From Dipteris shenzhenensis (taxonomy: Eukaryota): a stretch of 64,000 nt of DNA. A program made the position numbers and the translations under genes. The notes under the pieces were generated by a model, which did no database searches, was not told the DNA's origin, and was given only the letters and a program-made list of their open reading frames with translations. The number at the start of each line of letters is the position of its first letter. Position 1 is the stretch's first letter. Positions 22,457 to 34,164 of this stretch are shown in pieces. The DNA is taken from the NCBI GenBank assembly GCA_047967505.1, contig CM106538.1; one strand, given 5' to 3'.

Positions 22457-25400
22457 GGATTATTAGTTGGAACATACAGGGCCTAGGTGGCATCCCACAT
22501 CGCCGCCGTAGATAGCTGATCCGGGATTAGCTTCATCCAGGTGTTACTGGGGGTTCCATTGATATATTATTTATTCAAGAGCACAAGCTGGATTCTAGAG
22601 ATTGTGCCAAGTCAGGCAAGTTGCTTTCTGGCCATACTTTTTGGTCGCCTGCCTTGGGCACCAGGGGAGGCACTTCTATTTCAGTTTCGTAGTCGGTTCT
22701 CCCCTTAGTTGTTGGGCACGGAGTCATTATTCCCTCTAGAGCTCAGTGGATTATTCTTCTGATTGGAGGGCGTAAGGTTGGTTTCCTTAACCTGTATGCC
22801 TCCAATATTAGAGGGGAACGTGTCCTTATGTGGAAGACTTTGCTCTCCTGGGCCCCCATTGTGGATTCATGGGTGATTGGAGGTGACTTTAACATGGTCG
22901 AGTTACCGTCAGACAAAAAAGGGGGTAGAGAAGGCGGACTTCACTCTTTGGAGAGAGCAGCTTGGGATGCCTTCCTTTTTCACTTTTGTGGTAGAGATAC
23001 TTGGTGTGATGATGCCTTTCTTATTCAGCCACAGTCCCTCCTATTCTCTTGGTCGAACAGGAGGCAACAGATGCCTATTTATGCACGCATTGATAGATTC
23101 TATGTAGATGACTGGGCACTAGACAGAGGTGGATCGGTATGCATTGCTGCTGGGGTTTCCACTTCAGACCATTTTCCTGTTGTGCTGGCTATCTCAGAGC
23201 CTCACTTGAGAGGCCGGTCTGCAAGCATCAAGATTCCAGATGCCTTTTACACAGAGGAGGACCTTACAGAGGCAGCCCTGCAGATATGGGTTGCTCATGT
23301 CCAGGGTGGGCAGCCATATCCATCACATGTAGCTGCTGCCCTTTCTCGTATTAGCGATTTCTACCGCTCAGTTGCTTGTACCAGGAGACGAGATATTCTC
23401 AGACGTGACATTGGTGTTCGCCAGCATTTGGCAGCTTTGTAGAGGGAAGAGCAGAAACGGCCTTCAGATGCTTGGATTCAGGAGCGCCTTGCTGCAGCAA
23501 GGGCTCATCTGCAGTTATTGCTTGATCAGGAGCTTGATCAGAGAGCAGAGTATGCCTTTCATGCACGGGAGTCCTTTTGGATTCAGATGGGTGGTAGAGT
23601 CAATAAACACTTTTTCTCTACTCTTTGCCCTAGACATAGTAGAGAGAGTGTATCCCAGCTTATTGACTCACATGGGGTTTTACAGACAGAGCGTGATGAT
23701 GTCTTACGCATAGCTTCAGATTTCTATGCCACCCTTCTTACTGCTGATCCTGAGACACATGATAGAGAGGATGCTAGACAGGCTATTTGGTAGAGCATCC
23801 CTGTGTTGGTGAATCCGGGTATGCATGTTCTACTCGACGCACCTTTCACCAACACAAAGTTCAGGACTGCACTTTCAGCCCTTCACAAGGGCAAGTGCCC
23901 AGGTTCAGATGGCCTCACCCCGTCTTTTTTCATTGCATTTTGGGATATGATTGGAGACTATATTGCTTCAGCCCTGTAGGCCATTTGGGACTCTGGCGAG
24001 ATGCCTGGGTCACTTACAGAGGGTCTCATCCACCTTATCCCAAAAGGAGGTAGCAGAAATTTATTGTCCCAGTGGAGGCCTATCACACTTCTGGGGACTT
24101 GTTACAAGATTATGGCCAAGGCTATCAGCCTCCGATTGCAGCCACTTCTCCCTGATCTCATTCATGACACTCAAACGGGATTTGTGCATGGCAGAAGCAT
24201 TTTTGATAACATTTTTTCCTTCTGGGAAGCTTCAGAGTGGGCCATGCAGAGTGGCCAGAATCTTGCCATTCTACTTTTGGATTTTGAAAAAGCTTATGAC
24301 AGAGTAGATTGGGGTTTTTTGGAGGGCACCCTTCTACGCTTTGGCTTAAATGATGCTTGGATCAGAGGTGTTTCCTCTTTGTACAGATCAGCCCACAGCC
24401 AGGTACTTATTGGTGGGGTAAGGGGTGAGAGATTTCAGATTTCGAGATCAGTCCGTCAAGGATGCCCCCTTGCTCCTTTCCTTTTTTTATTCGTGGCCGA
24501 AGCTATGAGTATCTATGTTAGATCTCAAGCTGACATTTTTGGGCTGAGACTTCCCATCAGAAGGGAAGAGGAGCTACTTGACAGTGAGTTAGCTGATGAC
24601 ACAGCAGTTTACTTGGATGCCACTCCACAGACGCTCACTTCTTTCAGGACAGCATTGGATTTATTTTGCTTGGCGGTAGGGGCATAGATTAATTGGCATA
24701 AATCCAATGGCTTTTGGATCAGTGATGAGGACACTCTAGTTTGGGGGCTTGACATAGGATTCACTTGGGTTCAAAGGGGTGAGCCTATCAGGTATTTGGG
24801 CTGCCAGGTCAGCTTGGATATTTCTACCACGCAGCAGTTTGCTCCCGTTTTGGAGAGCATCAGAAGGAAGCTTCTTTTTTGGAGCTCAGCCAAGCTGGAT
24901 CTTGCCTCTAGAGTTGCGGTGGTCAACCAGGTCCTCTTGGCCACAGCCTGGTTTGTTTGTTCATGTTGGTGCCGTTCTAGGGACTGCATCATTCAGCTCA
25001 GAAGACCGATCATAAATTTTCTCTGGAGTGGGCTTGATGGCACAGCAGATGCCTTAGCCAAGGTGGCTTGGGAGACCCTCATCCTCCCTACACAGGAAAG
25101 GGGTCTCAATATTATTGATCTAGATTTACAGTGCAGAGCTTTACTTTGCAAGATGGTGGTGCGGGGACGTATGCCAAGGCAGGAACCGTGGAAGGACATA
25201 TTAGCAGCATACAGAGGTGCACACCTTCTTCAGGAGGAGACTGGATGAGCAGTGTTAGATGGATCTTCACCACGGCACACCTCAGGTCACCTTCGTCCCC
25301 TCTCATGGTTGCCATTCTGAAAGCATGGGCCAGTTTCAGAAGCACTCTTCGGAGGATTCCTCCTTCCTCTCGGGAAGAGATTGATAGGCAACCCATCATG

Positions 25401-26807
25401 TGGAATGACAGTATTTTAGATGATCATGGCAGACCACTGGGTGCCTCACTCTACATGCAGTGGTCCAGGTGGGAGAGGGGACCTACATCTTCTATGGGGT
25501 CTTGGAAAGCTTTCCACAGGCTTCCAAAGGAGACCAAATCAAGGTTGACAGGACATCTCAGAGGGAGTGCAGGGAGGATCTTGCAGATTGAGGCAGCCCT
25601 TCCAGAGGTTTGGATAGACACAGATGATATGCCACTCACTTCCTCCACTTGGGCAGGTACTTTTTCGAGAGGCGGGGTTCCGCTTCAGGTTTTGGCCTTT
25701 CGAGATGCACAGGAGGATGCTTTGGTTTTTAGTGTCCAGGATGGTGGCAGATTGCTCAGGTCCATAGAGGACATCTTGCTTGAGTCTGCTTTTCAGCCTA
25801 TCAGGGTTGTAGGTCTTTTGATGCAGGGATCAGATTCAGAGTGGTTCCTAGACCCAGACCCCCGGCTACTCTCCACCGGGTCTTGGAGGCTCTGGCTCTA
25901 TGGGGGAGTTCCCATCAGGTATTTGCAGTGGGACCCCGGAGAGTGGGAGTGGATTGACGTAGGGCATCGAGAGAAGAGCATCCCCTTCTTTCGTTACACG
26001 GTCAGTAATGCCAGGAGATATCAGCTCAGTAGTAGAGGTTGGAGACCCTCCAGAGTTCCTCATTGGGAGACTTTTGATATTACTGCGGATCTGCAGAGGT
26101 GCTTCTGGAGGAGACTCTGGAAATCCCACAAGAATAGAAAGATCACTATCTTCTTTTGGCTTTCTATCCATGGAGGGATTGCAGTGAACCTTTGGAGGTC
26201 TAGGTTTGGAGCCGACCCTACATGCCCTCGATGCCTTTCTGCTTCGGATTCTATTCAGCATTGCTTATGGGATTGCAGACAGGCGAGGATGATTTGGATG
26301 GGGGTAGCCAGGATTTTCAGTCACTTTGCCCATTCCGCATTTTTTATGACATGGGGCTCGGTGGCTTGGCTTTCTCTTACAGGACCTCAGGTTTTCTATG
26401 AGAGGGTTGACTCCTCTCGGGCCATTTCGGTTCGACGTCATCGGATTGAGTCTTGTTCATTGGATGTGGTACCACACCTTCCTTTTACAGCTGTACATGC
26501 CTCTGTGGATACTTCTTGGGAGATTCTAGCGAGCATAGCATCCTGGCATATCTGGAGAGCCACATGCACAGAGGCTTTGGAGGGTACTCGGGTTCATCCC
26601 TCGCACACATTAGCTAGTATCTGGACAGACATCGTACATACTTTGATGGCCGTATGGACGGGTATGCAGGGAGACTCCCGTGCAGCCTCAGCTAGGAGGG
26701 CTTCTTTCTTTAGGGAATGGAAGGATTCTCCTTTCTTCTCTGAAACTACTACATGGTTGAGGTGGCACTTTCAGCCTCAGCCTTGGTTGTTTTCCACCTC
26801 ACTCTGA
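22453..26807 (+). pseudogene. LINE ORF2: APE endonuclease, RT, Trp-rich region, zf-RVT-type CCHC
   Basis: SWN, QE, GGDFN, RIDRF, SDH; QWRPITLL, LDFEKAYDRV, RQGCPLAP, LADD; CPRC..DSIQHCLWDC. In-frame TAG stops and a frameshift near 25200. Confidence 0.93.
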
Positions 26808-26920
26808 GGGGGTTTTTTATTTATCCTCATGATTTCATGATGTATTCCGCTTTGAGCTTGCTCTGGCGGGTTTTTTCTCTTACTTAATAGAAGTCTTTTT
26901 CTTGAAAAAAAAAAAAAAAA

Positions 26921-27111
26921 GTTGGCAGCTTGGTCTTGTTATATTCCAGTAAGTTCCTGAAGCATAAACCCAAATTTGTCAGTGGCTGGACAGGGCCCTC
27001 TTTATCACAAGGATTATTCCCAGTGGAGGGGTTCATTTGGCCACCTTGGAGGGAAAGAAGTTACCAGCACCTGTAAATGGCTCACGGGTAAAGAAGTATC
27101 CTCCACATTGA
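26921..27111 (+). pseudogene. C-terminal GPY/F module of the gypsy integrase (continuation of 16780-20603)
   Basis: Translates as VGSLVLLYSSKFLKHKPKFVSGWTGP / FITRIIPSGGVHLATLEGKKLPAPVNGSRVKKYPPH* with one frameshift. Confidence 0.8.
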
Positions 27112-27294
27112 CTCTCTCTCTTTGGATAAGGATTTCCATTCCTATCAGTTGAATTTTTATTTATTCAAAAAAAAAAAAAACAACAATGTATTCCCTTTCC
27201 TAACCCTGTCAAGCTTCTACTCTCTGCCCAGTTGCACTCAAGACGGAAACAGCCCTTGCCTTCTCTGACACAGACTTCTCCTTAATCCCTCTTC

Positions 27295-30200
27295 ACCCCT
27301 GTCACTCAGGTTGAACCTCTGTTCACCCATGTTCACCTCCAGGTCACCCCTGTTCACTCCTAGGTCACCCATGTTCACTTCTAGGTCACCTCCCCATGTT
27401 CACCTCTTTGTCACCTATGTTCACTCCTAGGTCACCCCTGTTCACTCCTAGGTCACCCCTGTTCACCTCTCTGTCACCCATGTTCACCTCCAGGTCACCT
27501 CCCCATGTTCACCTCCAAGTCACCCATGTTCACCTCCGAGTCACCCCTGTTCATCCTAGGTCACCCCTGTTCACTTCTATGTCACCTCCCCATGTTCACC
27601 TCTCTGTCACCCATGTTCACCTCCAAGTCACCCCTGTTCACTCCTAGGTCACCCCTGTTCAATTCTAGGTCACCTCCCCATGTTCACCTCTCTGTCACCT
27701 ATGTTCACTCCTAGGTCACCCCTGTTCACTTCTATGTCACCTCCCCATGTTCACCTCTCTGTCACCCATGTTCACCTCCAAGTCACCTCTCTTCACTCCT
27801 AGGTCACCCCTGTTCACTTCTAGAACACCTCCCCATGTTCACCTCTCTGTCACCTATGTTCACTCCTAGGTCACCCCTGTTCACTCCTAGGTCACCCCTG
27901 TTCACTTCTATGTCACCTCCCCATGTTCACCTCTGTTCACTCCTAGGTCACCCCTGTTCACTCCTAGGTCACCCCTGTTCACTCCTAGGTCACCCCTGTT
28001 CACTTCTATGTCACCTCCCCAGGTTCACCTCTCTGTCACCTATGTTCACCTCCAGGTCACCCCTGTTCACTCCTAGGTCATCCCTGTTCACTCCTATGTC
28101 ACCTCCCCATGTTCACCTGTCTGTCACCCCTATTCACTCCTAGGTCACCCCTGTTCACTCCTAGGTCACCCCTGTTCACCTCCCCTGTTCACCTCTCTGT
28201 CACCCATGTTCACCTCCAGGTCACCTCCCCATGTTCATCTCCAGGTCACCCATGTTCACCTCCAAGTCACCCCTGTTCACTACTGTCACCTATGCTCACC
28301 TCCAGGTCACCCCTGTTCACCCCTAGGTCACCCCTGTTCACTTCAATGTCACCTCCCCATGTTCACCTCTCTGTCACCCATGTTCACCTCCAAGTCACCC
28401 CTGTTCACTCCTAGGTCACCCCTGTTCACTCCTAGGTCACCCCTCTTCACTTCTATGTCACCTCCCCATGTTCACCTCTCTGTCACCCATGTTCACCTCC
28501 AGGTCACCCCTGTTGACTCCTAGGTCACCCATGTTCACTTCTATGTCACCTCCCCATGTTCACCTCTCTGTCACCCATGTTCACTCCTAGGTCACCCCTG
28601 TTCACTCCCAGGTCACCTCTGTTCACTTCAATGGCACCTCCCCATGTTCACCTCCAAGTCACCCCTGTTCACTCCTAGGTCACCCCTGTTCACTTCTATG
28701 TCACCTCCACATGTTCACCTCCAGGTCACTCCTGCTCACTCCTAGGTCATCCCTCTTCACTTCTATGTCACCTCCCCATGTTCACCTCCAGGTCACCCAT
28801 GTTCACCTCCAAGTCACCCCTGTTCACTCCTAGGTCACCCCTGTTCACTTCTATGTCACCTCCCCATGTTCACCTCTCTGTCACCTATGTTCACCTCCAG
28901 GTCACCCATGTTCACCTCCAAGTCACCCCGTTCACTCCTAGGTCACCCCTGTTCACTTCTAGGTCACCGCCCCCTGTTCACCTCTTTGTCACCCCTGTTC
29001 ACTCCTAGGTCACCCCTGTTCACTCCTAGGTCAGGTAAACCATATTCACCTCCAAGTCACCCCTGTTCACTCCTAGGTCACCCCTGTTCACTTCTAGGTC
29101 ACCTCCCCATGTTCACCTCTCTGTCACCTATGTTCACCTACAGGTCACCCATGTTCATCTCCAAGTCACCCCTGTTCACTCCTAGGTCACCCCTATTCAC
29201 TCCTAGGTCACCTCCCCATGTTCACCTCTCTGTCACCCCTGTTCACTCCTAGGTCACCCCTGTTCACTCCTAGGTCACCTCTGTTCACTTCTAGGTCACC
29301 TCCCCATGTTCACCTCTCTGTCACCTATGTTCACTCCTAGGTCACCCCTGTTCACTTCTATGTGACCTCCCCATGTTCACCTCTCTGTCACCCATGTTCA
29401 CCTCCAAGTCACCTCTGTTCACTCCTAGGTCACCCCTGTTTACATCTAGGTCACCTCCCCATGTTCACCTCCAAGTCACCTCTATTCACTCCTAGGTCAC
29501 CCCTGTTCACTTCTAGGTCACCTCCCCATGTTCACCTCTCTGTCACCTATGTTCACTCCTAGGTCACCCCTATTCACTCCTAGGTCACCCCTGTTCACTC
29601 CTATGTCACCTCCCCATGTTCACCACTCTGTCACCCATGTTCACTCCCAGGTCACCCTTGTTCACTCCTAGGTCACCCCTGTTCACTCCTAGCTCACCCT
29701 TGTTCACCTCCCTTGTTCACCTCTTTGTCACCCATGTTCACCTCCAGGTCACCTCCCCATGTTCACCTGCAGGTCACCCATGTTCACCTCCAAGTCACCC
29801 TTGTTCACTCCTAGGTCACCCCCGTTCACTTCTAGGTCACCTCTCCATGTTCACCACTCTGTCACCTTTGTTCACCTCCAGGTCACCCCTGTTCACTTCT
29901 ATGTCACCTCCCCATGTTCACCTCTCTGTCACTCATGTTCACCTCCAAGTCACCCCTGTTCACTCCTAGGTCACCCCTGTTCACTTCTATGTCACCTCCC
30001 CATGTTCACCTCTCTGTCACCCATGTTCACCTCCAGGTCACCCCTGTTGACTCCTAGGTCACCCATGTTCACTTCTATGTCACCTCCCCATGTTCACCTC
30101 TCTGTCACCCATGTTCACTCCTAGGTCACCCCTGTTCACTCCTAGGTCACCCCTGTTCACTTCTATGTCACCTCCCCATGTTCACCTCTCTGTCACCTAT

Positions 30201-33200
30201 GTTCACCTCTAGGTCACCCCTGTTCACTCCTAGGTCATCCCTGTTCACTCCTATGTCACCTCCCCATGCTCACCTCTCTATCACCCTTGTTCACTCCTAG
30301 GTCACTCCTAGGTCACCCCTGTTCACTTCTATGTCACCTCCCTAGGTTCACCTCTCTGTCACCTATGTTCACCTGCAGGTCACCCCTGTTCACTCCTAGG
30401 TCATCCCTGTTCATTCCTATGTCACCTCCCCATGTTCACCTCTCTGTCACCCCTGTTCACTCCTAGGTCACCCCTGTTCACTTCTATGTCACCTCCCCAG
30501 GTTCACCTCTCTGTCACCTATGTTCACCTCCAGGTCACCCCTGTTCACTCCTAGGTCATCCCTGTTCACTCCTATGTCACCTCCCCATGTTCACCTGTCT
30601 GTCACCCCTATTCACTCCTAGGTCACCCCTGTTCACTCCTAGGTCACCCCTGTTCACCTCCCCTGTTCACCTCTCTGTCACCCATGTTCACCTCCAGGTC
30701 ACCTCCCCATGTTCATCTCCAGGTCACCCATGTTCACCTCCAAGTCACCCCTGTTCACTACTGTCACCTATGCTCACCTCCAGGTCACCCCTGTTCACCC
30801 CTAGGTCACCCCTGTTCACTTCAATGTCACCTCCCCATGTTCACCTCTCTGTCACCCCTGTTCACCTCCAAGTCACCCCTGTTCACTCCTAGGTCACCCC
30901 TGTTCACTCCTAGTGTTCACTCCTAGGTCACCCCTCTTCACTTCTATGTCACCTCCCCATGTTCACCTCTCTGTCACCCATGTTCACCTCCAGGTCACCC
31001 CTGTTGACTCCTAGGTCACCCATGTTCACTTCTATGTCACCTCCCCATGTTCACCTCTCTGTCACCCATGTTCACTCCTAGGTCACCCCTGTTCACTCCC
31101 AGGTCACCTCTGTTCACTTCAATGGCACCTCCCCATGTTCACCTCCAAGTCACCCCTGTTCACTCCTAGGTCACCCCTGTTCACTTCTATGTCACCTCCA
31201 CATGTTCACCTCCAGGTCACTCCTGCTCACTCCTAGGTCACCCCTCTTCACTTCTATGTCACCTCCCCATGTTCACCTCCAGGTCACCCATGTTCACCTC
31301 CAAGTCACCCCTGTTCACTCCTAGGTCACCCCTGTTCACTTCTATGTCACCTCCCCATGTTCACCTCTCTGTCACCTATGTTCACCTCCAGGTCACCCAT
31401 GTTCACCTCCAAGTCACCCCGTTCACTCCTAGGTCACCCCTGTTCACTTCTAGGTCACCGCCCCCTGTTCACCTCTTTGTCACCCCTGTTCACTCCTAGG
31501 TCACCCCTGTTCACTCCTAGGTCAGGTAAACCATATTCACCTCCAAGTCACCCCTGTTCACTCCTAGGTCACCCCTGTTCACTTCTAGGTCACCTCCCCA
31601 TGTTCACCTCTCTGTCACCTATGTTCAGCTACAGGTCACCCATGTTCATCTCCAAGTCACCCCTGTTCACTCCTAGGTCACCCCTATTCACTCCTAGGTC
31701 ACCTCCCCATGTTCACCTCTCTGTCACCCCTGTTCACTCCTAGGTCACCCCTGTTCACTCCTAGGTCACCTCTGTTCACTTCTAGGTCACCTCCCCATGT
31801 TCACCTCTCTGTCACCTATGTTCACTCCTAGGTCACCCCCGTTCACTTCTATGTGACCTCCCCATGTTCACCTCTCTGTCACCCATGTTCACCTCCAAGT
31901 CACCTCTGTTCACTCCTAGGTCACCCCTGTTTACATCTAGGTCACCTCCCCATGTTCACCTCCAAGTCACCTCTATTCACTCTTAGGTCACCCCTGTTCA
32001 CTTCTAGGTCACCTCCCCATGTTCACCTCTCTGTCACCTATGTTCACTCCTAGGTCACCCCTATTCACTCCTAGGTCACCCCTGTTCACTCCTATGTCAC
32101 CTCCCCATGTTCACCACTCTGTCACCCATGTTCACTCCCAGGTCACCCCTGTTCACTCCTAGGTCACCCCTGTTCACTCCTAGGTCACCCTTGTTCACCT
32201 CCCTTGTTCACCTCTTTGTCACCCAATGTCACCTCCAGGTCACCTCCCCATGTTCACCTCCAGGTCACCCATGTTCACCTCCAAGTCACCCTTGTTCACT
32301 CCTAGGTCACCCCCGTTCACTTCTAGGTCACCTCTCCATGTTCACCACTCTGTCACCTTTGTTCACCTCCAGGTCACCCCTGTTCACCCCTGTTCACTTC
32401 TATGTCACCTCCCCATGTTCACCTCTCTGTCACTCATGTTCACCTCCAAGTCACCCCTGTTCACTCCTAGGTCACCCCTGTTCACTTCTATGTCACCTCC
32501 CCATGTTCACCTCTCTGTCACCCATGTTCACCTCCAGGTCACCCCTGTTGACTCCTAGGTCACCCATGTTCCTTTCTATGTCACCTCCCCATGTTCACCT
32601 CTCTGTCACCCATGTTCACTCCTAGGTCACCCCTGTTCACTCCTAGGTCACCCCTGTTCACTTCTATGTCACCTCCCCATGTTCACCTCTCTGTCACGTA
32701 TGTTCACCTCTAGGTCACCCCTGTTCACTCCTAGGTCATCCCTGTTCACTCCTATGTCACCTCCCCATGCTCACCTCTCTATCACCCTTGTTCACTCCTA
32801 GGTCACTCCTAGGTCACCCCTGTTCACTTCTCTGTCACCTCCCTAGGTTCACCTCTCTGTCACCTATGTTCACCTGCAGGTCACCCCTGTTCACTCCTAG
32901 GTCATCCCTGTTCATTCGTATGTCACCTCCCCATGTTCACCTCTCTGTCACCCCTGTTCACTCCTAGGTCACCCCTGTTCACTTCTATGTCACCTCCCCA
33001 TGTTCATCTCTCTGTCACCCACGTTCACTCCTAGGTCACCCATGTTCACTCCTAGGTCACCCATGTTCACTCCTATGTCACCTCCCCATGTTCACCTCCA
33101 AGTCACCCCTGTTCACTCCTAGGTCACCCCTGTTCACTTCTATGTCACCTCCCCATGTTCACCTCCAGGTCACTCCTGTTCACTCCTAGGTCACCCCTGT

Positions 33201-33830
33201 TCACTTCTATGTCACCTCCCCATGTTCACCTCCAGGTCACCCATGTTCACCTCCAAGTCACCCCTGTTCACTCCTAGGTCACCCCTGTTCACTTCTATGT
33301 CACCTCCCCATGTTCACCTCCAAGTCACCCCTGTTCACTCCTAAGTCACCCCTGTTCACTTCTATGTCACCTTCCCAGGTTCACCTCTCTGCCACCTATG
33401 TGCACTTCCAGGTGACCGCTGTTCACTCCTAGGTCATCCCTGTTCACTCCTATGTCACCTCCCCATGTTCACCTCTCTGTCACCCATGTTCACCTCCAGG
33501 TCACCCCTGTTCACTCCTAGGTCACCCTTGTTCACTCCTATTTCATCTCCCCATGTTCACCTCTCTGTCACCCATGTTCACCTCCAGGTCACCCCTGTTT
33601 ACTCCTAGTTCACCCTTGTTCATTCCTATGTCACCTCCCCAAGTTCACTCTCTGTCACCCATGCTCCTCCCTATGTCACCCCTTGTTCCTCCCCTGTTCA
33701 CCCTAAATCACTCCTTGCCGCTCCTTGTTCACCCCTCAGTCACCCATGGGCACACCAATGTCACCCCTTGTTCGTCCTTGGTTCACCCTTGGTTCATCCC
33801 TCCTTCAGCCTCATTCACCCCTATGACACC
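27295..33830. repeat. ~6.5-kb C/T-rich satellite of 21-bp (TGTTCACTCCTAGGTCACCCC and variants) and 25-bp (TGTTCACTTCTATGTCACCTCCCCA) monomers, with a ~2.49-kb higher-order duplication
   Basis: Monomers are directly visible. Rare variants recur at about +2.48-2.50 kb (e.g. TCAGGTAAACCATATTC at 29031 and 31522). Confidence 0.97.
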
Positions 33831-34164
33831 CTCGTCCACTGGCCTATACAGGAGAAAATAAAATTCAAATTCAGATTTTCCCACCGTTTTCATTCAAATA
33901 TTTCCTCTTGCCCACACCGCTTTTTCTCTCACCTACCACCTCCCACCAGGGCTATATTTAGCCACCAAATTCAGCTTAGGTCCTTCATCTCACCTCCCAA
34001 TCCCGACCAGTGCTATATTTAGCATTTGGCTAAACTCAGCGTGGATCCTTGGGATCAGCTCATCCATCGCATCTTACAGCCCACTCATGCTATTTTTGGC
34101 TTACCTTCCTAAATTTGGCTCTCTTTGGTTGTGTATTTGTGACTGTCCCCCCCTCCAACGAAAC

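Larger units (their letters stand above)
20604..26920 (+). mobile_element. Near full-length young L1-clade LINE (partial ORF1, ORF2, 3' UTR, A16 tail) inserted into the gypsy integrase
   Basis: ORF1 with a CX2CX4HX4C knuckle; ORF2 from 22453 (MRIISWNIQGL) to TGA 26807; poly(A) at 26905-26920. Confidence 0.93.

Noticed and set aside
22453-26807. U-to-C RNA editing or TAG reassignment rescuing the many TAG stops
   Set aside because: U-to-C editing is known from organelles. The stops differ between sibling copies and coexist with frameshifts, so DNA-level deamination is simpler.
27165-27180. Poly(A) tail of a separate SINE/retrocopy
   Set aside because: The upstream sequence is the gypsy integrase C-terminus and no TSD is visible.
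27396-33861. Repetitive 'MFTSRSP' ORFs as protein-coding genes
   Set aside because: Translation artefacts of the 21/25-bp satellite with constant frame switching.
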